This document shows, piece by piece, positions 1-10,068 of a stretch of DNA of 64,000 nt. A program made the translations under genes and the position numbers. Source of the DNA: Diplonema japonicum. Taxonomy: Eukaryota > Protista > Euglenozoa: Diplonemea. The stretch's first letter is position 1. Each line of letters starts with the position of its first letter. Under the pieces are notes generated by a model. It did not search any database. It had not been told where the DNA came from and was given only the letters and a program-made list of their open reading frames with translations. The DNA lies in contig OZ025653.1 of NCBI GenBank assembly GCA_964019335.1, positions 1 through 64,000 on the forward strand, given 5' to 3'.

Positions 1-286
1 GGGTTTGCGGGTTTGCGGGTTTGCGGGTTTGCGGGTTTGCGGGTTTGCGGGTTTGCGGGTTTGCGGGTTTGCGGGTTTGCGGGTTTGCGGGTTTGCGGGT
101 TTGCGGGTTTGCGGGTTTGCGGGTTTGCGGGTTTGCGGGTTTGCGGGTTTGCGGGTTTGCGGGTTTGCGGGTTTGCGGGTTTGCGCGGGTTTGCGGGTTT
201 GCGGGTTTGCGGGTTTGCGGGTTTGCGGGTTTGCGGGTTTGCGGGTTTGCGGGTTTGCGGGTTTGCGGGTTTGCGGGTTTGCGGGT
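1..286. repeat. Tandem 8-mer array (GGGTTTGC)n, about 35 copies, runs off the window start
   Basis: Near-perfect repeat with one GC insertion at about 185. It is G-rich on the + strand at the left edge, the opposite polarity to a left-arm telomere. Confidence 0.97.
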
Positions 287-436
287 TAAAAAGGGGGACT
301 TGAGAAAATAAATAAAAAGGGGGACTTGAGAAAATAAATAAAAAGGGGGACTTGAGAAAATAAATAAAAAGGGGGACTTGAGAAAATAAATAAAAAGGGG
401 GACTTGAGAAAATAAATAAAAAGGGGGACTTGAGAA
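287..436. repeat. 26-bp tandem repeat (TAAAAAGGGGGACTTGAGAAAATAAA), 5 full copies plus 1 partial
   Basis: Units start at 287, 313, 339, 365, 391 and 417, with no spacers. Confidence 0.95.
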
Positions 437-438
437 TG

Positions 439-458
439 TTTTTTTTTTTTTTTTTTTT
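439..458 (-). other. A20 tract on the minus strand (possible poly(A) tail of a retroposed unit)
   Basis: 20 T on +, lying 3' of the AlkB-like ORF and directly next to the 26-bp array. The poly(A)-tail reading is inference. Confidence 0.5.
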
Positions 459-729
459 CTTCAAAAGACACACAAGGCACGATAAATCTTAAGAGAAAAT
501 AAAAATATTCCAAAACAGACAATCAAGTTCCAACCTGGGAGGAAGGCATGGGTTTCTCTTTTTCTTTATGGGAGGGAGAGGGGAAGAAGAAGAAGCAACT
601 CCAAATGATAAAAATTCAAAAATAAAAATCTCAAAAAAGGCTTAAAAGAAGAAGAGGCAAATTCAAAAACATACTAGGGAGGAATGAGTGGGGCAGGGGG
701 TAAAATTTAGGAGGGGGAAAGAGGGAGAA

Positions 730-1555
730 TCAAAAAAGGGGAAAGGGGACGACCGGTCCCAGTCTTGCGTCGTCCTTGTGGGCGGCAATCCCACAACCAG
801 GTCTGTACTTATTCACAAGTACCTGGTTGGGGACCACCTTGAGCCCTGCAGCGGCGGCCACCTCCCTCACCCACCCCTTTGCCTCCCCTGGGATGCCGGT
901 GGTGGGGCGCACCTCGGCGTCCGTCCCCTCCCACCGGTGCCCATGCTGGAGCTCCCTCCCCGTGTTCCCTGACAGGGCCCCCCACTTCCCGGACAGCAGA
1001 GCTTCTGGGAAGGCGGGGGCAGCACCTGTCTTCAACCCGGGGGGGTGCTCACCATCTTTCAGTATCCACCCTTCCCCCTTTTTCTTCTTTTTTTTTTCCT
1101 CTTCAACTATGGCAGGGGCGGCTGCGGCGGTCTCAGTTGCGGCAGGGGCGGCTGCAGCGTTCAAGGCGGCAGGGGCGGCTGCGGCGATCGTGGTTGTGTC
1201 GGTCGTGGCTGCGGCAGGGGCGGCTGCGGCGTTTGGGGCGGCAGGGTCGGCTGCGGCGTTCAGTGCGGCTGGGGCTGCTGCAGCAGTCGTGCTTGCGGCC
1301 GGGGCGGCCGTGGCTGTAGCAGGGGCTGCTGCTCCCTTGGTTGTGGCGGTCAAAACCGCGGTCTCTACTTGTGATTTTTTTTTTTATTATTTTTTTTTCT
1401 AAAGGGGGGTGGGGGGATCTAGGGGGTGGGGATTCATACTGCCCAACCAGATTGCCTGGTTGGGTGGGTCTCGGTGCCGTGCACTGCGGGCTGCGGGCTT
1501 GCTCCTGCGGGCTGCGGCTGCGGTCACCTCCTCCTGCGAGTCGTCTTGGATCCAT
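730..1555 (-). pseudogene. Truncated or frameshifted AlkB-family 2OG-Fe(II) dioxygenase ORF with an Ala/Pro/Thr-rich repetitive N-terminus
   Basis: RELQHGHRW and PNQVLVNKYRPGCGIAAHKDD match the AlkB/ALKBH RxxxHYG and NxxxVNxYxxGxGIxxHxD motifs. The distal His and RxxxxxR are missing because the sequence turns into pyrimidine homopolymers after GPVV. The candidate ATG at 1555 is separated from the 730-1353 frame by homopolymer runs at about 1375-1400. Confidence 0.7.
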
Positions 1556-1604
1556 TTTTTTTTTTTTTGTTTTATAGTGTGTGATGGGGGGGAGGGGATC
1601 CTTC

Positions 1605-1770
1605 CACAGACACATGCACGCACACAGGCACAGACGCAAACACACGCACGCACACAGACACACCACACACAGACCACGCACGCGCACAGACACACCACGC
1701 AGACAAACGCAAGCACACAGACCCACACACGCACCCGCACAGACACACGCACAGACACGCACACCCACAA
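1605..1770. repeat. Degenerate CA/CACG/CAGA microsatellite (GT-rich on the minus strand)
   Basis: Directly visible low-complexity tract. Confidence 0.9.
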
Positions 1771-1804
1771 TTTTAAAAAACCAAGTGATTGCTTTATTTC
1801 TCGT

Positions 1805-1825
1805 GCGGGTTTGCGGGTTTGCGGG
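1805..1825. repeat. Internal copy (about 2.5 units) of the GGGTTTGC repeat
   Basis: gcgggtttgcgggtttgcggg, in the same orientation as the array at 1-286. Confidence 0.9.
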
Positions 1826-1907
1826 AAACAACCCCCCCGGACGACGGACGACGGACGCAGCGGCAAACCCAGGCAGAGGCGGCAGGCACCAGCAGAACGC
1901 CAACGAC

Positions 1908-1946
1908 CAATAAAGTACAGAAACTGTAGCTTTAGAATCATTGGTT
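1908..1946 (-). ncRNA. Spliced-leader (mini-exon) 39-mer, diplonemid type, followed by a GT donor; SL RNA gene, pseudogene or SL-headed element
   Basis: Minus strand reads AACCAATGATTCTAAAGCTACAGTTTCTGTACTTTATTG|GT. It is exactly 39 nt, carries the conserved kinetoplastid/diplonemid 3' half CAGTTTCTGTACTTTATTG, and starts with AACCAA like the Diplonema SL. Confidence 0.92.
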
Positions 1947-1948
1947 GG

Positions 1949-2001
1949 TTGGTTGCTCCGTTCCATTCGCTTTATCGTTGCTTGGTTGCTTCGTTCCATT
2001 C
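1949..2001. repeat. 20-bp direct repeat immediately upstream of the SL
   Basis: ttggttgctccgttccattc (1949-1968) and ttggttgcttcgttccattc (1982-2001), 1 mismatch. Confidence 0.85.
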
Positions 2002-2182
2002 ACGTAGTTTGCGTGACTAAAAATGTGTTTTCCATGCCTGACTAACAACTTCTCGAGACTGCAAGTTTGTCTTCATGTGTAAGTCCTGTGAAAGGTAAAA
2101 AGGTAAGAAGGGTAAAACAGGTTGACACTCAAAATGAAAAAAGAAGGAAAACTATCCCCAATAGCCACACAGCGAATACTTG

Positions 2183-3696
2183 TTAGATCTGTAAAGACCT
2201 GTCTATCGCGTCTATAGAATCTAATAGCTGTGGAGTTACAGCTGCGGCAGTACCAGCAAGCAAGGCGGTAGATACAAATCGCAAGTGCTCCCATTTCCCA
2301 TACATCCAATAAACACCAGAGACCGGGATGCCTTTTTTATGTAGCCTGGCGCCTACAAAGACGGATGAAAGCGAGGCAAGTAGACCTGTAACTAAGAACA
2401 TAAGAACTGTTTCATAAACGGAAAGATCTCTACCCTGCTTGTAGCGCAGACTAAGGATAAGCACGGCACAGAAAAATACGGAACACAGTTCGCATTGAAT
2501 AGAGGCGAATACAGCTTGGCTGGTGTAGAGTCGGAATTGATGTAGTTGGAGCTCATCTTGTTTTTGCCACACAAAGTCCTGTATCACAGGGAGAAAGCTC
2601 ATGATGCCACTGCGAATGAGCTGGTGAACGACCTCAGCGGCGAAGGCGTAGTACGGAGGCAGGGAGTAGGTGAGCAACTTTTGTGGTATGTAAAACATGA
2701 ATTCAACACCGAATACAGTCCGCACCCTTTTTGGTGTAACAACGTGCAAGTTGCGCAAGCAAATATGCAATGTCACAAGCGGTACAACTGCCACAAGACT
2801 CAACCCAGACCTACCACCGAATATAGTTAACGACACCCGACTCTCCAAGAAAGGCAAACAACAAGTCAATACGACTATGTGCACACAACCGACAAACAAG
2901 CATGGCAAGAAAAAGAACAGGAGTACATTACCACTGCGCATCTTCCAGTAGCACACAATACCTAAACAAAAAATTGCTGCTGCAACAAAAGCAAAGGCGA
3001 CGACTGCCGTTTGCTTACAATAAGCCGGTTGTGTAGTGAAAAGTAAAATGCAAAGATGTACAACGGCAAAGGCAAGCCACAGCACAGCCAGCAAACAGCG
3101 TGCTGTCACGGGGTCTTCACCTGGAAAGGAATGTTCCAAGGAAAGCTGAAGAAAGGTAAAAACAGTCCCTAAAGATATCACAGCATCAATGGACTGTGCA
3201 ACATCCCGTTCGGAGTCAACTGAAACAACGAACACCTTCCAAATGACAAGCGGTACAACAAGCAAGACTGCTCCCAGACATGACCAACACGAGTGGCCCA
3301 CCCAGCTCATTGGAGTGAAACTTTCGCGCCATGACCCACCAACTGTTGCTGTGACCTGTCGCCATCCTCGCGGCACCAGACCCAGGGCCTCGACATCTAA
3401 GAGCACCCGAGGGCCGCTAACTAGAACCTCTGGTGTGCCGTTAATGTGAAATGGTAAGACAAGATCGGAATGCCAACTCGCCACAGCAGAAGGACCGAAG
3501 ACACCGCCAATTATTGTCGAATACCTGATTTATGGTATTGTTGTATACGGGCATACATCGCGCGATCCTGATTACCAGGCCTGTCTATGGCGCACATCGA
3601 CGTGGCGGTCGTGCTCTTCTGAGACGGAGAATCAAGACACATTTCCTCCCACCCCCTACGAGGAGGAAGGACTGTGTCCTGTGGTTCCTCGTTCAT
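2183..3696 (-). CDS. Multi-pass membrane protein, 2 exons
   Basis: Many hydrophobic segments. A 32-nt GTATG..CAG intron at 3525-3556 joins the MNEEPQ exon in frame to the 433-aa ORF. Confidence 0.7.
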
Positions 3697-3816
3697 CTTC
3701 AACCTTTAAATCGGCACCATATTACATCTGCGATGCGTGCTGAATGAAGAAGTTACTGAACAATGAAGAACTATTGAACTACAGCTTATAAAGCGCTGCA
3801 GTGACTGTTCGATGCA

Positions 3817-6143
3817 CTAATGAGAGCAGTGAGCGCACGCACTAGTCCCCGCCCAGTTAAACTGAAAGCACTGACCACAAGTCCAATCTTCTTGCTTCGC
3901 GCCTTCACTCGGCTCTGGCTTATCTTCCTCTACTTTGCATTCTGTCTTATCAACTGCTTTCTCTGGTTCACCCTTGCCTTTTTTTCCAGGGTTTGAAGCT
4001 TTCTTCTTTGCTGCCTGTTGCGCGCGGTAAGCCACCACTTCAGAGTCTTCTGAATCAGTTGCGCTATCATCTTCAGATTTCCAAGGTGTTTTGGCCTCTG
4101 GCTTAGTTGCGCTCGATGAACTCTTCTGTGCTTTCTTCGCTCGATAAGCTGCTACTTCAGAGTCTTCTGAATCAGTTGTGTCATCGTCTTCAGACTTCCA
4201 AGGTGTCTTTGTTGCATTCTTTGGCTGCTTAGCTTCAACAGACGAACTCCTCGCTTTCTTCGCTCGATAAGCTGCTACCTCAGAGTCTTCTGAATCAGTT
4301 GTGCAGTCATCCTCAGACTTCCAGGGAGTCCCAGTAGCCTGTTCTGGCTTTGAAGTTTGCTTCTTCTCCGTGGCAGTTCTGCAATCTGCTACTGAGTCTT
4401 CATCTTCCGACTTCCAAGCCGCCATTGCTTTATCGCCCTGATTGAAGCACTGACTGGCCGTACCCGTTCTGCTCTGACCTTCCCAAGTGACAGTTTTCTT
4501 GCTGGTCTCAAGAGCTTCCATCCTGCGGAGAAGCATATCGATGGTCTTCTGCTGGCAGCGTACGACCTCTTCTAACTCTTCAACACGATTGAAGTAGTCT
4601 TCTGGTGTTGGCTTCGCTTTTTTGGCTTCTTTGCCTTCTTGTTCCTCGCCTCCATCTGCTTTGTACTGCGCAAGGTAATTGTTGCCCTCCTCAACATATT
4701 CAGAAGAGCAAGAAGACGCGGTGCTGGCATCTTCAACAGGGCCAACAGGAATATCGCCAGTAATGCCATCCATGCCAAAGGCATCCCATGACCCTCCCAC
4801 ATAACACCCGTTAGATACCGACCCAGTGAGGGGCTGCACGAGAGGTTTCTCCTCCTCAGCGGCGCGCTCAAAAGTCTCGGTGTACGCATCGTAGTTGAAG
4901 CGGCTCAAAGGCACACCACCAGCTTCAACTTTCTCTAAAAACTGAGTTATTTTCTCTATTGTGACTAACGTTGCGTCCGACACATAGTAGCCCCTATTGT
5001 CGTCATCGGTGAACTCCGAAACGTCAATCAGCATCATCAGCGGTCTCCTGTTTAGTATATTTGATTCAAAAAGAGTGCCACATACGTATCAGCCTTCTTG
5101 ACTCTGGGCTCTGTTGCCCACGACCTGATGGCTCTCGCAGTCCATCCTCTCTTCCATGTTGTACAACCATTGCCGAGTGCCAAGTATATATCCTTCTCAA
5201 TACCCTCTGCTACACCCGCAGAAGAGCCTAACATAACAATGGGACCATCCTTGAGCTTCGCTGCTTCTTCAAGCGTGGCCTCGAGGTTCCTAACAACGGC
5301 TTTGGAACAGTTCTCGGCAAGAACGACAAGCACCTTTGACATCGCAATGTCGCTGTCGCCTCCAAAAGGGCCGACCGAAAGGTTACCCACAGTAGGGCAT
5401 CTCCATTTAGTGTTCAGCACATAAGACACGCCACCGCCGAAGTAGAGCATGGCACGCTTGTTGAGGAGCTCGCCGTTAGGGCCGAGAAGCATCAACGTTG
5501 GCCCGCAGCCTGAAGGAGAGTCGCCGAGGACTTCTTCAGCCCAATCGTGAAGACGGTGACGTCCCTCCTCATCATCGAAGGGCAACGTCAACCAAGGGCA
5601 GGAACTGAAGGCAGATTCCATTTCCCTACCCTCTTCATCTGCATCGTCAGCAATGTCTGTGACAGCCACTATCTCAAAAGAGTACTTCTTTAACTCCGCG
5701 TAAACACCTGCAAGCGCCTTGCTGAAATCTGCACAGATGTCACACTTGTGTGACCAGAAGTACACCCCAACAGTCTTATGGTTCACCATCTCGAAATCTG
5801 CCGCGCTGCCATCCTGTTGTATGTTGTAAGATGCTAATGACGTATACCTTGTTGTGGAACACAGTGCCAAGGAGCTCGTGGACATTAACTGAACTAACCT
5901 GCGCCGCAGCCGCATCCTTCGCGCACTTCTTGCAAAGATCGTAATTACACTTGCTGCAGCCAACAAAGCTGAATGGATTTGTTTGATGGATCTTCTTCTT
6001 TTTTCTTTTGCAGCATACGCAGAAACCGACGCAATATCCTTGCACCCATCACACTGCATCTTCTTGTTCTTCCGAACACGCCCTTTGCCGGCGTCTTGCT
6101 GTACCCCAAATAAGGGGTGGCCGTTGGGACAGTGGACACGCAT
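3817..6143 (-). CDS. Nucleoredoxin/tryparedoxin-like protein with an N-terminal ZZ/C1-like zinc finger, acidic repeats and a C-terminal RanBP2 zinc finger
   Basis: Introns at 5969-6018, 5814-5847 and 5048-5085 join ORFs 5052-6191 and 3817-5037. Motifs: CDGC..CSKCNYDLC, VGVYFWSHKCDIC..FEIVAV..PWLTLPF, WTCGQCFQFNW..ACAHC. Confidence 0.75.
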
Positions 6144-6257
6144 TTTAATTCTAAAATAAAATGTGGAGCAGAAAATAAGAAAAAAGCACACTAAGTACAG
6201 TACAAACTAGTTAGTTAAGCAAACGGGATAGCTTGAAAAAGCGTCTGCTGTCTGGCA

Positions 6258-6863
6258 TTAAGAACCTGTGGGATAAGTATGCCGTGCAAGAAGCTGCGCT
6301 GAGACAACTGCGGTGACAGCGTCGAGAGCTGCCATGCGCTCACTAAGTGCCTCATCTTGCAGAGCTGCCTGTCGGGCCCGATGTCTGATGAGCTCCATGT
6401 TTGATGGTGCCTTAGAATACATGTGCAAAGTGGCAGTGGAAACCTCATGGAGCTGCTGTTCAATGAGGACAACCTCAGCCTCTAATGCTTGCTTTTCACG
6501 TATGACTGTCACCACCTCGTCATGTAAAGATGCTGCTGTGACCATCAGCTTCTGTGTGTATACATCATCCGGTAGCCGTGCCACTGGATCACGGGAAACT
6601 GACTCCGGCCTCGCTGGCGCCTCGTGCATTTTCGTGTTTTTACTTGCCTCCATGCAGCACTCAATCTTTCTAATAATGTCCTGCACTACAGCGGGCTGCT
6701 TCTGACGGTGCTCCATGATCGCAGCTTTTCGTTGCGCAGCGTTGTTGCTCTTGCGCAGCAAGTCAGTTGCAGTTGCAGGGAGTACTTCTTTGTGTTCAAC
6801 ATCAACACCGTCACAATGCGGCACGCAGCAAATAAGTGGGTGTGCATTGTGTATGCATTTCAT
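6258..6863 (-). CDS. Hypothetical coiled-coil protein (start uncertain)
   Basis: 201-aa ORF on the coding strand with a helical, charged C-terminal half. Confidence 0.5.
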   Translation of the reverse strand: MKCIHNAHPLICCVPHCDGVDVEHKEVLPATATDLLRKSNNAAQRKAAIMEHRQKQPAVVQDIIRKIECCMEASKNTKMHEAPARPESVSRDPVARLPDDVYTQKLMVTAASLHDEVVTVIREKQALEAEVVLIEQQLHEVSTATLHMYSKAPSNMELIRHRARQAALQDEALSERMAALDAVTAVVSAQLLARHTYPTGS

Positions 6864-7507
6864 ATTACCTGAGTGACTAATGTGCAGGCTCAGAGAAAAA
6901 AGCTATCTATCTAAATCAACCACGAAGCAAGATGAATCTCACTAACTACACTGGCGAATGGCATCGGCATTCAAAGCCGACACCTGTGCACTGCATCGGA
7001 GTGCAGATTTTGTGCCTTGTTGCAGCTGTGAGCCGGGCCTCTACTGGAAGCCATTCTTCTGCAGCTATCAACTAACGACTCACCTAAGAGTGACTGTATA
7101 GCAGCATCCTGAACACTGAAAAAAAACTAAAAAACATGGGGAGGGGTGACCATCTGACATCCACATGCCAAATATCAGCTACATGTTGTTCTCAAAGCTG
7201 AGCTGGTGGGAAAGAACTAAACCTGCTACTTAAGAAACTGCCACTAAGCTTCTCAAAGAAGGTGTCCTCGAGACGTAAGCACACAGGAGGAGAAGAAAAG
7301 TAACTTGGGACTGAGCATAAAGATGAAGGACTAAGCCCGGCTAAGAGGATAGATAAAAACAATTCCTATGTTGTACACTAAAAGGTATAACATTATATCA
7401 TAAGGAATACCGTGTATTCATATTCATTTAGGAACGCTGATAGTGGCTGACCAAAGGTCATGGCCTCTGCACGAACACAAAGAACTGATGCCTCTGTAGA
7501 GCGCCGT

Positions 7508-9125
7508 TTAACACTCAGGAGAAAGCTCCCAGAAGTTAGCAGTTCCGTCTGCAGACGACGACACTGCCATGTTGTTCGCAGCCACGATGCAGTAGACAAT
7601 GCTGTCATGTCCCTGTAGTGGAGTTGGAAAATAATTTCAAAATTATGAAAAAAGACAGTACCTGTGCCCTACCTACAATGTCGTCATTTGCAGGCCTTTC
7701 AATGTCCCACATCACTAGCATCCCGTCCCTGCCGCATGTGATGAACATCTTAGGAGACACAAAGCATGCTCTTTGCACAGCATTAAGACCATGCCCATGC
7801 AAACGGCGCATTACTGTTCTGTTGCTCATGTCCCACACCAGCGCCTCGTACGACAGCGCAGTCGACACCATGATTGCGTCGTCGCTCGAAAAGGCAATGC
7901 CCCACACTGTGTTCTCGTGCCCGTTCTTGAGAGTGTCTATAACATTGCCTGTCTGCCAGTTCCACAGTCTGATGGTCGTGTCGTCAGATCCTGTCGCTAG
8001 GAGGATTGATCCGGGCTTCTGGCTGAAGCCAACACTGATCACACCCTCGGTGTGACCGGAAAGCGTCCGTAAGCACGACCCGTCCTTCATACTGAAGACC
8101 TTTGAAACCTTGTCAAGGGAAGCAGACACGATCACTGATGAGTCTGGCGAAAACCTAGCATCGTACACCCGCCCAGAGTGACCCTTAATTGTATGCTGAA
8201 TCTTCCCTGCCAGCGGCTCCCACACGAGTATGACGCCGTCAGCATCCCCTGACACGACCAATTTGTCATTTTTAGCTATGTCAATACAAAGGATGTAGTG
8301 GTTTATGTGCCCTCTGAAAATGAACTTGCACCTGCATGTGGATGTGTCCCACATCATGGCTGTGTAGTCCCTTGCACCCGTAACAGCGAAGGCACCGGTC
8401 GACGATATACTGCAACAGTACACCTGCCCAGTGTGGCCAGTGAAGCGGTGCCGTCTCGTGAACACAGCCCTGTTCATCCTCGGAGACGCGATCTGCTGCT
8501 CGAGCTCTGCCTGTGCAGCGATGGCAGCAACAGCAGCCTGTGAAGCTGGCCTAGCAAGCAGTTTCAGCTTGCCAGTACTCTGCTGTTCCTTGAACTCGCG
8601 AAAAGACGTGTCGTTGTGCACAAACACTTCAGTGTCACCGTCTTTGTAATGGTAGGTGAAGGAAGTGCGCTTCAGCTTTTCCTGAATCTTTTTGTCAACA
8701 GTCTCGAAGCTCATTTCTTCGCTTATCACGAGTACCTTTTGCATCGGCTCGTTTTCGACATTCACAAAAAGCTTGACACGGCCGTCGCTGGTGAGTCGGG
8801 GCGTTGCGACTTCCCTGCCAGCGAAATTGCCAGACCGCCCAACATAAGGGGAGCCTGCCCCATTAGGCGACATCGGTCCAGGGGACCCGCTTGCGTCTGA
8901 ACGACCAGGAGAACGTACAGGCGACGCAGAATCCTTTGCGGGCATCTTTGGACAGTGCACAACAGTTCGTCGCAAGTTAGTCCAGTGAAGCTTGCTCTTC
9001 CTGTCGAACGGCCTGTCCGGATCAGTATCGTTCTGAAGAAGCATGTCAACGTAGTCATTGATATCATCATCTTTCACCTGCCCTGCCCTGGGAGACGGTG
9101 AGCTCGCAGCATCTTTTGCCTCCAT
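7508..9125 (-). CDS. WD40-repeat protein with a PB1-like N-terminal region
   Basis: Repeated GH..WD/WN blades. A 49-nt intron at 7613-7661 restores the last blade GHDSIVYC..FWE. Confidence 0.9.
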
Positions 9126-9308
9126 TGTTGATGTTTATAAGCCTTATCCCTGATTATTGCTTGTCAAAAGTAAGAAAGCGGTCGGTTGCTAGTTTCACAT
9201 GAATGAAATGCTCAGATGGAAGAAAAAAACCAATAAATAATGGGAGGAACGAAGGAAAATGTCTCATTACAGGTTAGGAAAATGAGAGAGTAGCAAGAAG
9301 CCATGAAG

Positions 9309-9845
9309 TTAGCATTCAATCTCGAGGTTAGTGTTACGGAGGGATATAATACCTTTTGGGTTTCCAAAGTCAACTTTTGCTCTATTCAGACAAGAGTCCA
9401 CTTCTACAACGATGCCAGTCAGGTTGTTCAACGACGGGGAAAGACGGACGTTCTTAGCCACCACATGGGTGCCAGGCTGCAGGAATTGCACTCTTCCCTT
9501 TTTGCCTCGTGAGGCATTGGGGGTTTCTTCTAGTTCCTTAGACCAGGCCTCATTTGCCCGCTTCAACAGCAGCGATCTATCGGGCTTTCTAGCTGGCTCA
9601 TCGGGAGTAGTCCACAACCGTACTTGCAGAGTTCTATAATTTTCGCATGTGTCAGTTAGCTCAAGGAAAACCTTTTGTCCTTTTGACACAATGGACCGTG
9701 TCAGGTTGTTGATCATCACCTCTGTCCTCTGAGCACTGTCCTTCTTGTTGCACCGCGTCATTATGCCACTCGATGACCTGAAGTCTGGCAGGCCGTCCAG
9801 TCTCTTCACCCATTCTTTCACCTTCACTGCGAAGACGGACTCCAT
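9309..9845 (-). CDS. Hypothetical protein with a possible SH3/KOW-like C-terminus
   Basis: 178-aa ATG ORF containing LQPGTHVVAKNV..LNNLTGIVVEVD. Confidence 0.6.
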   Translation of the reverse strand: MESVFAVKVKEWVKRLDGLPDFRSSSGIMTRCNKKDSAQRTEVMINNLTRSIVSKGQKVFLELTDTCENYRTLQVRLWTTPDEPARKPDRSLLLKRANEAWSKELEETPNASRGKKGRVQFLQPGTHVVAKNVRLSPSLNNLTGIVVEVDSCLNRAKVDFGNPKGIISLRNTNLEIEC

Positions 9846-10068
9846 TGTAATGTATGTAAAAGCTAGAAGATGAGGTAAAAAGCTGAGAGCAAAGAAAATG
9901 GGTTAAATTCAACGGGTAACAATCAATAAGGTTCGTGTTGCTACGAAGCGGCGGCCCAGTCAAGCACTTAAGCAAGATGCCCCCACCGTTGTGGGAAGCC
10001 TTCAATCATAAACAACGAAACGTTGGACAAAGATAAAACGTCAATGATCAAACCCATGACGAGGGGCT

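Noticed and set aside
1-286. Canonical chromosome-end telomere
   Set aside because: The G-rich strand points inward, whereas a left telomere would be C-rich on +. Kept only as an unexplained array.
1-311. Plus-strand ORFs made of RVCGFAGL repeats
   Set aside because: They are translations of the stop-free 8-mer array.
287-436. CRISPR array
   Set aside because: Head-to-tail 26-mers with no spacers, no cas genes and a eukaryotic context.
290-2180. 5S rRNA or tRNA gene linked to the SL
   Set aside because: No recognisable 5S or tRNA sequence near the SL or elsewhere in the window by eye.
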